A stretch of DNA of 64,000 nt from Candidatus Omnitrophota bacterium (GTDB lineage: Bacteria > Omnitrophota > Gorgyraeia > 2-01-FULL-45-10): NCBI GenBank assembly GCA_030695725.1, contig JAUYPN010000014.1:2084-66083 (forward strand). Reading direction: 5' to 3'. This document shows positions 25,116 through 34,637 of this stretch, in pieces; position 1 is the stretch's first letter; each line of letters starts with the position of its first letter. The notes under the pieces were generated by a model, which had not been told where the DNA came from, did not search any database, and saw nothing but the letters and a program-made list of their open reading frames with translations. The translations under genes and the position numbers were made by a program.

Positions 25116-25568
25116 ATGCCCGATCTTACGCTTTCCGATTTTGCAGAGAGAATAGAAGATGTCATGTCTACCGTAATGAAGGGCTTTGCCAAGATGCAGA
25201 CCAACGAACTCTTCAAAGGCGAGATCACCCTGCCCCAATTCTTTATCTTGAGTCATCTCGATAAGCACGGTGAATCGAAGATGAATGAATTGGCGAAATT
25301 TATGGATGTGACCACAGCCGCGGCCACCGGCATAGTCGATAGATTAGTGCGCTGCGGGTATGCGGCGCGCGTCTACGATCCCAAAGACAGGCGCGTTATC
25401 AATATCAGGCTCACCCGGAAAGGCTCGAATCTTGTGAAAAGGATCGGACGCCAGAGAAGAGAGGTCACCTCGGAAGTATTCGGCAGGATATCCAAAGAAG
25501 AGCGCGAGAACTATCTGGCCATAATGCTCCATATACGCGATGTTCTGACGGAAGACAGAAAGAATTGA
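25116..25568 (+). CDS. MarR family transcriptional regulator
   Basis: LTLPQFFILSHLDKHGESKMNELAKFMDVTTAAATGIVDRLV...DRRVINIRLTRKG (winged helix). Confidence 0.85.
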   Translation: MPDLTLSDFAERIEDVMSTVMKGFAKMQTNELFKGEITLPQFFILSHLDKHGESKMNELAKFMDVTTAAATGIVDRLVRCGYAARVYDPKDRRVINIRLTRKGSNLVKRIGRQRREVTSEVFGRISKEERENYLAIMLHIRDVLTEDRKN

Positions 25569-25579
25569 AGAGAACGAAT

Positions 25580-27115
25580 ATGAACAGATTTATCGCATTT
25601 ATAATAGTGATACCGGCGGTAATATCAGGCGGCCTTCTAGGCGCCGAAGAGATAAGCTATTTTGACAAAGACGATTATATGGCATCCGCGCGGTACCCCG
25701 AAACCCTCGAACTTGCCATGGTCGACTGTATCGCGATGGCGCTTAAGAGCAATTCCGAGATCAGCATCAAGAGGATAACCCCTTACATAGAGGATAACAA
25801 TATACTTATACAGAAATCGCGGTTCGAGCCGCATTTTACATTCGACGGCTCTTTGAGTGATTCGGTGGAGCAGGATCCGTCCACCCTTTTGGGCGCCAAT
25901 ATATTAAAGACGGGGGAGGAGGCCTTCGATTTCGGATATAACCAGAAGTTCACGACAGGCGCCGATCTGGAACTCGATTTTTTTAATACAAGGACAAACT
26001 CCAATTCGCCCACATTCGTCCCAAATCCTGCGTATGAGTCCGAGGCCGAGATTACGATAACCCAGCCTCTCCTTAAGGGCGGGGGAATAGCGGTGAACAC
26101 GGCCGATTTCCGCATAGCGAAAAATAATAAATTGAAATCGGCTCAGGATTTCAAGACGGAGGTTATAAAGGTTTTGACCAATGTCAAAAAATCGTATTAT
26201 GATTTCCAATACAGCCGCGAGCAGTATATAGTGGCGCAAAAATCGCTAATGAGGGTAGAGGACCTGCACAGGATAAACAAGGAAAAGTACGCCAAGGGGC
26301 TGGCGAGCGACATAGATATCACCGAGTCGGAAGCCGAAGTCGCGCGCATTCGGCAGGCGCTTTATGAAGCGGAAGCCATAATGAAGCTTGCCGAAGACAG
26401 CCTCAAGCTGATCACGAACTTAGTCGATGACCCCGCCCTCTGGAATGCTCGCATAGTGCTTTTAGAAGGACTCGAGTACGAGAAGAGAGACGTGGACCTG
26501 CCCGGAGCCATAAAGACCGCCTTTATCTACAGGCCCGATTACGAGGCCGCCAAGATAGACCTCCGCAACAGGGATATCGCCATAGTGGTCACCGCCAACG
26601 GCATGCTTCCGACGATCAATTTACTGGCGAGTTTTGGTTTGAACGGCCTGGACGCCATATATGCCAAAGATCTCGCGAATGTAGGAGGAGGCAAATATAA
26701 TAACTGGACCGTAGGCTTCAACGTCGACGTGCCTTTGATAGGGGATGAGAACAGAGGAAAATATGAAAGATCGAAGTCCGAGAAAGAACAGGCTCTTCTG
26801 GCCTTTCAGAGGCTGGAGCAGAAGATAATACTCGATGTCAGGAACGTCGCGAGGAACATAGATATAAACTACAGAAAGCTTGAAGCAAGTTCGATAAGCA
26901 AAGAGTCCGAAGACAAGAATTACACCGCCCAGGAGCTGCGTTTTAAGGCGGGCCTCGTATCAACTCTCGATATCGTAATATACCAGGAGAGGCTGGCGCG
27001 AGCCGAAGTGAGCTATGTAAAAAGTATTATAGATTATAACGTTTCTCTGATAGAATTATCGAGGGCGCAGGGCACAATGCTTTTTGACGACAATATAACC
27101 TTGGAGGAGAGTTGA
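25580..27115 (+). CDS. TolC-like outer membrane efflux protein
   Basis: Signal sequence and two repeated OEP halves with coiled-coil segments. Sits in an operon with the MFP and RND genes. Confidence 0.8.
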   Translation: MNRFIAFIIVIPAVISGGLLGAEEISYFDKDDYMASARYPETLELAMVDCIAMALKSNSEISIKRITPYIEDNNILIQKSRFEPHFTFDGSLSDSVEQDPSTLLGANILKTGEEAFDFGYNQKFTTGADLELDFFNTRTNSNSPTFVPNPAYESEAEITITQPLLKGGGIAVNTADFRIAKNNKLKSAQDFKTEVIKVLTNVKKSYYDFQYSREQYIVAQKSLMRVEDLHRINKEKYAKGLASDIDITESEAEVARIRQALYEAEAIMKLAEDSLKLITNLVDDPALWNARIVLLEGLEYEKRDVDLPGAIKTAFIYRPDYEAAKIDLRNRDIAIVVTANGMLPTINLLASFGLNGLDAIYAKDLANVGGGKYNNWTVGFNVDVPLIGDENRGKYERSKSEKEQALLAFQRLEQKIILDVRNVARNIDINYRKLEASSISKESEDKNYTAQELRFKAGLVSTLDIVIYQERLARAEVSYVKSIIDYNVSLIELSRAQGTMLFDDNITLEES

Positions 27116-27121
27116 TTTAAA

Positions 27122-28000
27122 ATGAAAAGAGCATACACTTATTTATTAGCAGTATTTCTAACAGCAGCTTTCGTCACAGGCTGCGGGGAGAATAAAGAAA
27201 AGGGCAAATACAAAGAAGAGCCGATCCCCGTAAAGGTCATGAAGATCAAAGCGCAAGATCTCGATAAGGCCCTCGAGTACGTAGGCAATATCCAGGGAGA
27301 AGACGAGGCTCAGGTCTATCCCAAGGTGAGCGGAAAGATAATTGAGAAGGTAAAGAGAGAGGGAGATTTCGTATCGAAAGGGGATGTTATAGCGTATATC
27401 GACAGGGACGAGGTAGGTTTGAAGTTCGAGAAGGCTCCCGTCGAGAGCCCGTTGGTAGGTGTAGTCGGAAGAGTGTATGTTGATATAGGTTCGAGCGTGA
27501 ATACCGCTACTCCGGTGGCGTTGGTGGCCAATTTAGACAGGGCGGAGATACATCTCGACATCCCGGAAAAATATCTGCCGAATATCTCACTGGCTCAGGA
27601 CGCCGACATTACGGTGGACGCTTATCCCGGTGAGAAATTCTTAGGAAAAGTCACCATGATCAGCCCCATAGTGGACCTTCAGACGCGCGCCGCGCCCATA
27701 GAGATAAAGATAGAGAACGCCGATCACAGGCTTCAGTCCGGCATGTTCGCTAAAGTAAAATTGGTCATTGAGGAGCAGAAAAATCGGCCCGTCATACTGA
27801 AAGAGGCTATAATAGGAAGAGGCGCTAATACGTACGTATACATAGTGGACGGCAAGAGGGCGTTCCTGAAGAATGTGATATTGGGGATACGTCAGGGCCC
27901 TTACTACGGAGTTGAAAGCGGATTAAAGACAGGCGATAAAGTCGTCATAGTGGGGCAGCAGCGGCTGCGCGACGGGTGCCTTGTAGAACCGGAAGAGTGA
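27122..28000 (+). CDS. Efflux RND periplasmic adaptor (MFP/HlyD family) lipoprotein
   Basis: Lipobox LTAAFVTGC, a biotinyl-lipoyl-like segment (V.PKVSGKI..V..EGD.V.KGDVIA) and a beta-barrel region. Confidence 0.85.
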   Translation: MKRAYTYLLAVFLTAAFVTGCGENKEKGKYKEEPIPVKVMKIKAQDLDKALEYVGNIQGEDEAQVYPKVSGKIIEKVKREGDFVSKGDVIAYIDRDEVGLKFEKAPVESPLVGVVGRVYVDIGSSVNTATPVALVANLDRAEIHLDIPEKYLPNISLAQDADITVDAYPGEKFLGKVTMISPIVDLQTRAAPIEIKIENADHRLQSGMFAKVKLVIEEQKNRPVILKEAIIGRGANTYVYIVDGKRAFLKNVILGIRQGPYYGVESGLKTGDKVVIVGQQRLRDGCLVEPEE

Positions 28001-28004
28001 TTAC

Positions 28005-31000
28005 ATGAAGTTTCCTGAATTTGGCGTAAAGAAGCCCGTAACCAACCTGATGATATTTTCTTCCATAATCATCATCGCTTTCTACGGCATTTCAAAGCTC
28101 GGCGTCGACATGATGCCCGAAATAGAGCCGCCTTCGATAACGGTCGTCTCTTCCTATCCCGGCGCAAGCCCAGACGATGTTGAAGTGAAGGTGACCGAGC
28201 CCCTAGAAAACCAGCTTGCCACTACTCCGGGCGTGGAAAAGATCACATCGCGTTCATCCGAGAGTTCGTCCGTAGTAAGCCTCAAATTTAAATGGGGGAC
28301 CAATCTGGACGAAGCCTCGAACGATATCCGTGACCGTATAGAGCTGACGAAGCGTTATCTGCCGGATATACCCGATGAGATGGATAATCCATTCATATTT
28401 AAATTCAATACGGCCAACATTCCGATAATGTATATGGGGATAACCGCTGACCAGAGTTATCCTGAGCTTTATGACATCATAGATAAGAGGGTTGGGGATG
28501 CGCTGAAGCAGCTTGCCGGAGTCGGCACCGTTCAGCTTATAGGCGGTATGGAGCGCCAGATAAATGTCTGGATAGACAGAGAGCGTCTCGAGGGCTACGG
28601 TTTTTCGATCATTGATATACAGAATACGCTGAAGCAGGAGAATATAACTCAGCCTTTAGGCAGCATAAAGAGCGGGCTCACAGATTATATGTTGAGGCTT
28701 CCGGGTGAATTCACGGAACCTGAAGAGATGAATCTCGTGATACTGGGAAAACGCGATAATAAGTTCGTGTATTTAAAGGATGTGGCCCGCGTCGAAGATA
28801 GTTTCAGAGAGATAACGACCATGATAAGGATGAACAGGAATCCCGCCATGATGATGATGATCCAGAAACAGTCCGGGACTAATACCGTCGAGGTTGCCCG
28901 GAATGTAAAGAAGAGATTGGCGGAAATCCAGAGGACTCTTCCTTCAGACATAAAGATATACACGATCTTCGATACGTCCAAAGATATCATAAACGCTCTC
29001 GATTCGCTTAAGACATCCTTATGGATCGGCATAATATTGGTCATATTAGTCGTCTGGTTCTTCTTAAGGCAATTCTACGGAAGCCTCATCATAGCGCTGA
29101 CGATACCATTCTCGCTTTTGATAGCTTTCATATACCTGTTTATGGCGGGAAAGACGATAAATATAATGGGTCTTTCGTCGCTGGCTATAGCTTGCGGCAT
29201 GGTAGTGGATAACGCTATAGTGGTGGTGGATAATATTTACAGGCATCTGGAAAGGGGGCAGAGGCCTCGTGAGGCGGCGATCTTCGGAACTCAGGAGATG
29301 TTCCTTTCGATAAGTGCATCTACGCTTACCACGATGGTCGTATTTTTACCAATGTTATTTGTTACGGGCGTGGTCGGTATCATGTTCGGTGAGCTCGCCA
29401 TGATAGTAACGGTTACGCTGCTCGCATCGCTCTTCACGGCGGCGACCTTCACTCCCATGCTCTGTGCCAGATGGCTGCGTGTCAGAGACAAGAGCATATC
29501 AGCTGAACTGTCATTGCGAGGAGGTGCGGAGCACCGACGAAGCAATCTCATAAACAAGTTCTACGACATATCAGAAGGTTGGTTCAGGTCATGGGAGGAT
29601 TGGTATGCACAGGCCCTCGCCTGGAGCCTGAAACACAAAAGAATAATAATACTTGGTTTTCTATCAGTATTTATATTGAGTTTATTCTCGATGCGTTTTA
29701 TAGGTAATGAGTTTATTCCCGAGGAGGATTCCGGAGATATACGTATTACGATAGAGTTGCCGGTGGGAACAAGGGTGGAGGAAACAGATAAAGTAGCCAA
29801 AAAGGTGGAGGACATCTTCGAGAGGACGGCTCCCGAATCAAAAGTTATGTATGTAAGAAGCGGTGAGTCTTCGCGCGGATTGGGCCGCATATTCGGCGGC
29901 GCCTCGGGAACGCATGTTGTAAGCGCGGGCGCAAAGTTGATCCCTAAGAATGAGAGAAAGCGCTCTGTGGCAGAAGTCGGCCAGGCCCTCAGAAAAGAGA
30001 TAAGAAAGATCCCCGGCGTACTAAAGGCTGATGTCTCGACCGGCAACCCGATAGGGAGGATGATAACCGGTATGGGCGGAAAAGCCATCCAGGTCGAAAT
30101 AATAGGCCATTCTTTTGCGGATACCAATGCTTTTGCCGAGAAATTGAAGACGATGATGGAGATTGTTCCGGGCGTCGTCGATGCCAGCATCTCCAGGGAT
30201 ATAAGTCTGCCCGAACTTAAGATAGAGGTTGACAGGGAGAAGGCCACGTCGCTCGGGCTTACAATGAATACGATAGCTTCGAGCGTCAAAACTTTTATAG
30301 AAGGCGCCACCGCCACCAAATACAGGGAGAAGGGCAAGACGTATGACATATATGTGAGGCTTCAGGAATCTTCCAGGACCAAGATAGAAGATATAGAGAG
30401 CCTTTCTATAGTGTCGCCTCTCACCGGAAAACAGATAAAGCTCGTGAATGTCGCGAAGGTTTATGAGATAAAAGGACCCATCCGCATTGAACGCATGAAC
30501 AGAGAAAGAGTCGTAAAGGTCGAGAGCAACGTTTACAAGCGATCGCCCGGTAAGGTGATAGAGGATATCAGGGCCGGTTTGAAGAAGCTTACGTTGCCGT
30601 CCGATACCATGGTCAATTTTGGCGGCGAAGCTGAGGAGCAGGGCAAGGCGTTCATGGACCTGACCCTTCTTTTGGTATTGGGCATCATACTTGTCTACAT
30701 GGTCATGGCGGCGCAATTTGAGTCGCTTATGGATCCATTGATAATCATGTTCTCCGTGCCGTTCACTTTCACCGGAGTATTGCTCGGATTTTTGATTACC
30801 CGCACGACGCTCAGCGTCATAACATTTTTAGGCATGGTGATGCTGATGGGTATAGTCGTGAATAACGCTATAGTCCTGATAAGTTACATAGCGATATTGC
30901 GCCAGAGAGGATATTCAATGATAGAGGCTGTAACTCAAGGCGGTAAGGATAGATTGAGGCCCGTTCTTATGACGACTATCACTACCCTGGCGGGGTTGCT

Positions 31001-31184
31001 GCCCATGGCGCTTTCGCGCGGTGAAGGTTCGGAGACATGGAAGCCGCTCGGCATAACTATGATAAGCGGACTTACGCTCTCCACTCTTATCACAATGATA
31101 TTCGTTCCTACGCTGTATGCGATAGTCGAGGCCAGAGTGAAAAAATCCGATATGTCATTCCCGCCCCCGCTTTCGCGGGGGTAA
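28005..31184 (+). CDS. RND efflux permease (AcrB/HAE1-like) with repeat-derived insert and C-terminus
   Basis: 1059 aa and a 12-TM layout, with GMVVDNAIVVVDNI and GIVVNNAIVLI motifs. Residues SLRGGAEHRRSNL and the final MSFPPPLSRG plus stop are encoded by repeat elements. Confidence 0.9.
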   Translation: MKFPEFGVKKPVTNLMIFSSIIIIAFYGISKLGVDMMPEIEPPSITVVSSYPGASPDDVEVKVTEPLENQLATTPGVEKITSRSSESSSVVSLKFKWGTNLDEASNDIRDRIELTKRYLPDIPDEMDNPFIFKFNTANIPIMYMGITADQSYPELYDIIDKRVGDALKQLAGVGTVQLIGGMERQINVWIDRERLEGYGFSIIDIQNTLKQENITQPLGSIKSGLTDYMLRLPGEFTEPEEMNLVILGKRDNKFVYLKDVARVEDSFREITTMIRMNRNPAMMMMIQKQSGTNTVEVARNVKKRLAEIQRTLPSDIKIYTIFDTSKDIINALDSLKTSLWIGIILVILVVWFFLRQFYGSLIIALTIPFSLLIAFIYLFMAGKTINIMGLSSLAIACGMVVDNAIVVVDNIYRHLERGQRPREAAIFGTQEMFLSISASTLTTMVVFLPMLFVTGVVGIMFGELAMIVTVTLLASLFTAATFTPMLCARWLRVRDKSISAELSLRGGAEHRRSNLINKFYDISEGWFRSWEDWYAQALAWSLKHKRIIILGFLSVFILSLFSMRFIGNEFIPEEDSGDIRITIELPVGTRVEETDKVAKKVEDIFERTAPESKVMYVRSGESSRGLGRIFGGASGTHVVSAGAKLIPKNERKRSVAEVGQALRKEIRKIPGVLKADVSTGNPIGRMITGMGGKAIQVEIIGHSFADTNAFAEKLKTMMEIVPGVVDASISRDISLPELKIEVDREKATSLGLTMNTIASSVKTFIEGATATKYREKGKTYDIYVRLQESSRTKIEDIESLSIVSPLTGKQIKLVNVAKVYEIKGPIRIERMNRERVVKVESNVYKRSPGKVIEDIRAGLKKLTLPSDTMVNFGGEAEEQGKAFMDLTLLLVLGIILVYMVMAAQFESLMDPLIIMFSVPFTFTGVLLGFLITRTTLSVITFLGMVMLMGIVVNNAIVLISYIAILRQRGYSMIEAVTQGGKDRLRPVLMTTITTLAGLLPMALSRGEGSETWKPLGITMISGLTLSTLITMIFVPTLYAIVEARVKKSDMSFPPPLSRG
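29511..29550. repeat. Family C repeat half-element inside the RND CDS
   Basis: GTCATTGCGAGG aggtgcggagcacc GACGAAGCAATCTC. It has the same termini as the copies at 36898 and 43939. Confidence 0.75.
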
Positions 31185-31199
31185 ACTCCAGCGGGAATC
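31154..31199. repeat. Family B repeat, 46-nt unit, copy 1
   Basis: GTCATTCCCGCCCCCGCTTTCGCGGGGGTAAACTCCAGCGGGAATC. Identical to 31533-31578 and the exact reverse complement of 34592-34637. Confidence 0.9.
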
Positions 31200-31220
31200 T
31201 ACTATCAAGGAGCAGTCCCA

Positions 31221-31511
31221 GTGAAGATGATTATGATATCATATAATGAGGCCGTCGAATCCGAAGTCATGGATTCTATTGCAGGATGCGGTCTAAAAAA
31301 TTATACAAAGATAACGGATACATATGGCAGCGGCCTGACGTCGGGGACGCATCTGGGCAATGACATATGGCCGGGCAAAAACAGTGTCCTATATGTCGCA
31401 TGTGAGGATAGAGAGGCGAAGGAGTTATTGTCCTGTATAAAAGAGTTGCGTAAGACCCTGGGCAAAGAAGGCTTAAAGGCGTTCCTTTTGCCGCTCGAGG
31501 ATATGACTTAG
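31221..31511 (+). CDS. Small PII-like, transporter-associated protein
   Basis: MIMISYNEAVESEVMD...YTKITDTYGSGLTSGTHLGNDIWPGKNSVLYVACED resembles the ~100-aa PII-fold proteins found downstream of RND pumps. AAGGAG lies 7 nt before the GTG. Confidence 0.55.
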   Translation: MKMIMISYNEAVESEVMDSIAGCGLKNYTKITDTYGSGLTSGTHLGNDIWPGKNSVLYVACEDREAKELLSCIKELRKTLGKEGLKAFLLPLEDMT

Positions 31512-31601
31512 TCATTGTCATACCCGCCCCGTGTCATTCCCGCCCCCGCTTTCGCGGGGGTAAACTCCAGCGGGAATCCATGCACGGGGCGGGAATGACA
31601 G
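31511..31601. repeat. Nested palindrome containing family B copy 2
   Basis: The outer arms CCCGCCCCGTG / CACGGGGCGGG and GTCATT.../...AATGAC enclose the 46-nt unit at 31533-31578. Confidence 0.85.
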
Positions 31602-31619
31602 TAAAATGGGGGTTCAAAA

Positions 31620-32099
31620 ATGGATTCGGGAAATGTTTATCTGTCCAATGAAGGTTACGAGAAACTGAGAAAAGAGCTGGAGCAGCTGAAGACCATAAAA
31701 CGCAGAGAGATCTCCAAAGCCATAGGAGAGGCGCGCGCTCACGGGGACTTAAGCGAGAACGCCGAATATACATACGCCAAAGAGGCTCAAGGATTGAACG
31801 AGAAGAAGATAGCCGAGCTGGAAGACAAGCTCTCCCGCGCGAAACTTATAGACGAGAGCGAGATGTCCAAGGACGAGATCTTGATAGGCGCCAAAGTGAA
31901 ACTTAAAGACCTGAACTCCCAAGAAGAATTGGAGTACTCGCTCGTTGCGGAAGAGGAGGCCGACTATGCGGCCGGTAAGATCTCCGTCACTTCGCCCGTC
32001 GGTGAGGCGCTATTGGGGCACAAAGAGAAAGACATAGTCAATATAAAGATTCCGGCCGGGACATTAAAGTATAAGGTCATCAAAATATCCAGAGAATGA
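31620..32099 (+). CDS. greA: Transcription elongation factor GreA
   Basis: EARAHGDLSENAEYTYAKEAQ plus a C-terminal FKBP-like domain with SPVGEALLG. Confidence 0.9.
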   Translation: MDSGNVYLSNEGYEKLRKELEQLKTIKRREISKAIGEARAHGDLSENAEYTYAKEAQGLNEKKIAELEDKLSRAKLIDESEMSKDEILIGAKVKLKDLNSQEELEYSLVAEEEADYAAGKISVTSPVGEALLGHKEKDIVNIKIPAGTLKYKVIKISRE

Positions 32100-33274
32100 C
32101 GCCTTGCGAAATTACGCCATACCAAATAGCGGGCCTGTGTAAACATTTCGGACTTTGCGGAGGATGTGATTCGCAGGACCTGCCTTACGCCGAGCAATTA
32201 AAGAATAAAGAAGCCCGCATCACAGAGCTCTTCTCCCGATTTAAGATCAAAGAGATCATGAGCATCATCCCTTCCCCCGAGATCTGTCACTACAGGAATA
32301 AGATGGAGTACGCCGTAGGCGTATGGGATGGTATTAAAGTCGTAGGATTGAGGCAGAAGAATAGGTTCTATCGCGTGGTCGGCCTTGACGAATGCAGGAT
32401 ATTCAATAAAGACCTCCCGCGCATATTCGGTATCTTCTCCGATTGGATCACGGCTAATAATATAGAGCCGTATCATAATTCGAAGGGTACCGGATTTTTA
32501 AAATATCTGGCATTGAGGCATTCAAAATATTATGATGATCTGATGGCTATAGTCGTCGTCAGATCGGGCCTGATGGATATATCTGCCCTCGTAAATGAAT
32601 TTCGCAAGTTCAAAAAAATCAGATCCATATATTTATGCGTAAACGACTCTCTCTCCGATGTCGCGGCGGCCGGGGATATAAAACTTATATATGGAGATGA
32701 GCGTATAAGAGAGAGGATAAACGGCATAGATTATTCAATAGGCCCGGAGTCCTTCTTTCAGACCAACTCCCTGGCTTGCGGCTCTCTTTACGCGGCCATA
32801 AAAGAGGAAGCGAAAGGAATGAGTGGAAGCGCGCTTGATGTGTGCTGTGGTCTGGGCGGCATAACACTACAGGTGGCGGATATATTCAGCGATATGACCG
32901 GCGTGGACATATCGGGCTGCAGCATCGAGGACGCCTCTATTAACGCGAAATTGAACAATATAAATAATGTGAATTTTGTGTGCCGGGACGCGGAACTTTA
33001 TATTCCGGAATTGGCCGCTTCGGGCGGGATCAAAAGATTCTCCACGATCATACTCGATCCGCCGCGCGCGGGACTCAGTAAGAAGACGAGACCGGCCGTC
33101 CGCGATAGCGGCGTAAAAAACATTATATACGTATCTTGCAGCCCAAAAAACCTGGCAGAGGACCTGAAAGTCCTTACGGAGGCCTACGACATAGAAAAGC
33201 TGATCCCTGTGGACATGTTCCCGCACACGAGACACGCAGAGGTTATTGCTATTCTCAAATCGAATAAGGTATAA
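32096..33274 (+). CDS. RumA/TrmA-family RNA (uracil-5)-methyltransferase
   Basis: CKHFGLCGGC Fe-S cysteines, FFQTN, LDVCCGLGGITL (SAM motif I), ILDPPRAGL, YVSCSP. Confidence 0.85.
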   Translation: MTPCEITPYQIAGLCKHFGLCGGCDSQDLPYAEQLKNKEARITELFSRFKIKEIMSIIPSPEICHYRNKMEYAVGVWDGIKVVGLRQKNRFYRVVGLDECRIFNKDLPRIFGIFSDWITANNIEPYHNSKGTGFLKYLALRHSKYYDDLMAIVVVRSGLMDISALVNEFRKFKKIRSIYLCVNDSLSDVAAAGDIKLIYGDERIRERINGIDYSIGPESFFQTNSLACGSLYAAIKEEAKGMSGSALDVCCGLGGITLQVADIFSDMTGVDISGCSIEDASINAKLNNINNVNFVCRDAELYIPELAASGGIKRFSTIILDPPRAGLSKKTRPAVRDSGVKNIIYVSCSPKNLAEDLKVLTEAYDIEKLIPVDMFPHTRHAEVIAILKSNKV

Positions 33275-33300
33275 TCATATAAAGAGGAGAAGATAAAATA

Positions 33301-34161
33301 ATGAAGAAAAAGATCTATTATTACGATACGGATTGCGGCGGAGTCGTCTATTACGCGAATTATCTTAAGTATCTGGAAGAGGCGAGGAGCGAATATTTTG
33401 AATCGCGCGGCCTTGTCGTAAAGGATATGTTAAAGAACGGTATAGGTTTTGTCGTGGCGCGGCAGGAGATAGACTACAAGTCGCCTTCCTTTTACGGAGA
33501 CACCCTGGAGGTGAAGACGCGCGTCACGGACGCGTCGTTGACGAGGGTCAATTTCGAGTACGATATAGTGAAGGATTCCGGAATTCTCGCGGCGAGCGCC
33601 AAGACCGTTTTGGTATTTGTGGATGCTTCGGCAGGCTCAGCATCCATCCCGAGCTCTTGTCGAGGGATGGACAAGACGCTTAAACCAAAAAGAATACCGG
33701 AAGATATATTAAAGAAGCTGGAGGCCGCGGGAGATACAGATTACATGCTGACCAAGCAAGGACAGGGGCCGTTCGTGGCAGCCGACGCTATAATAGAGAT
33801 AAACGGCGGCATAGTGATAATAGAGCGTTCCAATCCGCCGTTCGGATGGGCTCTGCCCGGAGGATTTGTGGATTACAACGAAAGCCTCGAGGACGCCGTG
33901 AGGCGGGAGATGAAGGAAGAGACGAACCTCGAGCTATCGGATCTCAAGCAGTTTCACGCGTACTCCAAGCCGGGCCGCGACCCGCGCTTCCACACGATAG
34001 GCGTCGTATTCACAGCGAATGGCATAGGCACGCCGAAAGCGGGCGACGACGCGGCCAATTTAAAAATCATCAAGCTAACTGACATCGACAAGATCCCCTT
34101 CGCCTTCGACCACAATCAGATCCTCAAAGACTACATCGCGTCCAAAAAATCCACTGTATAA
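33301..34161 (+). CDS. Fusion protein: YbgC/4HBT-type acyl-CoA thioesterase plus NUDIX hydrolase
   Basis: N-terminal YYDTDCGGVVYYANYLKYLEEAR (hotdog thioesterase). C-terminal GGFVDYNESLEDAVRREMKEETNL (Nudix box GX5EX7REUXEEXGU). Confidence 0.8.
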   Translation: MKKKIYYYDTDCGGVVYYANYLKYLEEARSEYFESRGLVVKDMLKNGIGFVVARQEIDYKSPSFYGDTLEVKTRVTDASLTRVNFEYDIVKDSGILAASAKTVLVFVDASAGSASIPSSCRGMDKTLKPKRIPEDILKKLEAAGDTDYMLTKQGQGPFVAADAIIEINGGIVIIERSNPPFGWALPGGFVDYNESLEDAVRREMKEETNLELSDLKQFHAYSKPGRDPRFHTIGVVFTANGIGTPKAGDDAANLKIIKLTDIDKIPFAFDHNQILKDYIASKKSTV

Positions 34162-34395
34162 AATTCTCGGGGTCCTGCCGCTCAGCCACCCTGTGATGCT
34201 CCGCGCAAGCATGGGGTTTACAATTGACACGTAATAGAATCGGGTATCTGTATGCCCGCCAGGATTGCCTGCCAGTCTGACTCCTTGCATAGCTATAGTA
34301 TAATCCCGCATGCAATCCTAGCGGCAGGCACCCCCATCCCATGCTTGCTTGTGCGCTTCTCGGGTTGGGCCTCGCGTCACCCCGAGAATTTTTTT
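34160..34395. other. ~235-nt element closed by a perfect 14-bp inverted repeat and a T7 run (structured RNA or MITE-like element)
   Basis: AAAATTCTCGGGGT (34160-34173) pairs with ACCCCGAGAATTTT (34379-34392), then ttt. Internal complementarities include CCTGCCGCT (34174) with AGCGGCAGG (34320) and GGATTGC (34261) with GCAATCC (34311). Confidence 0.45.
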
Positions 34396-34548
34396 CAGCC
34401 ACAGCGCATTGGTAATTTTTCGCTCTCATTGCAGGCGGAACACCCGGTGTCCCAGCCTGACGCTGATGTAGATTGGCATTAGGCATCACTCGTGTCTAAA
34501 TTAAGGTTGTATACTCGTCGAGAAGATTATTTTGAGATACCAAATCAT

Positions 34549-34637
34549 GTCATGCCCGCGAAAGCGGGCATCCATAAACAATTCTCGTCTGGATTCCCGC
34601 TGGAGTTTACCCCCGCGAAAGCGGGGGCGGGAATGAC
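34549..34637. repeat. Family B repeats (variant unit plus 46-nt unit in reverse orientation)
   Basis: GTCATGCCCGCGAAAGCGGGCATCC at 34549-34573. 34592-34637 is the exact reverse complement of 31154-31199. Confidence 0.9.
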
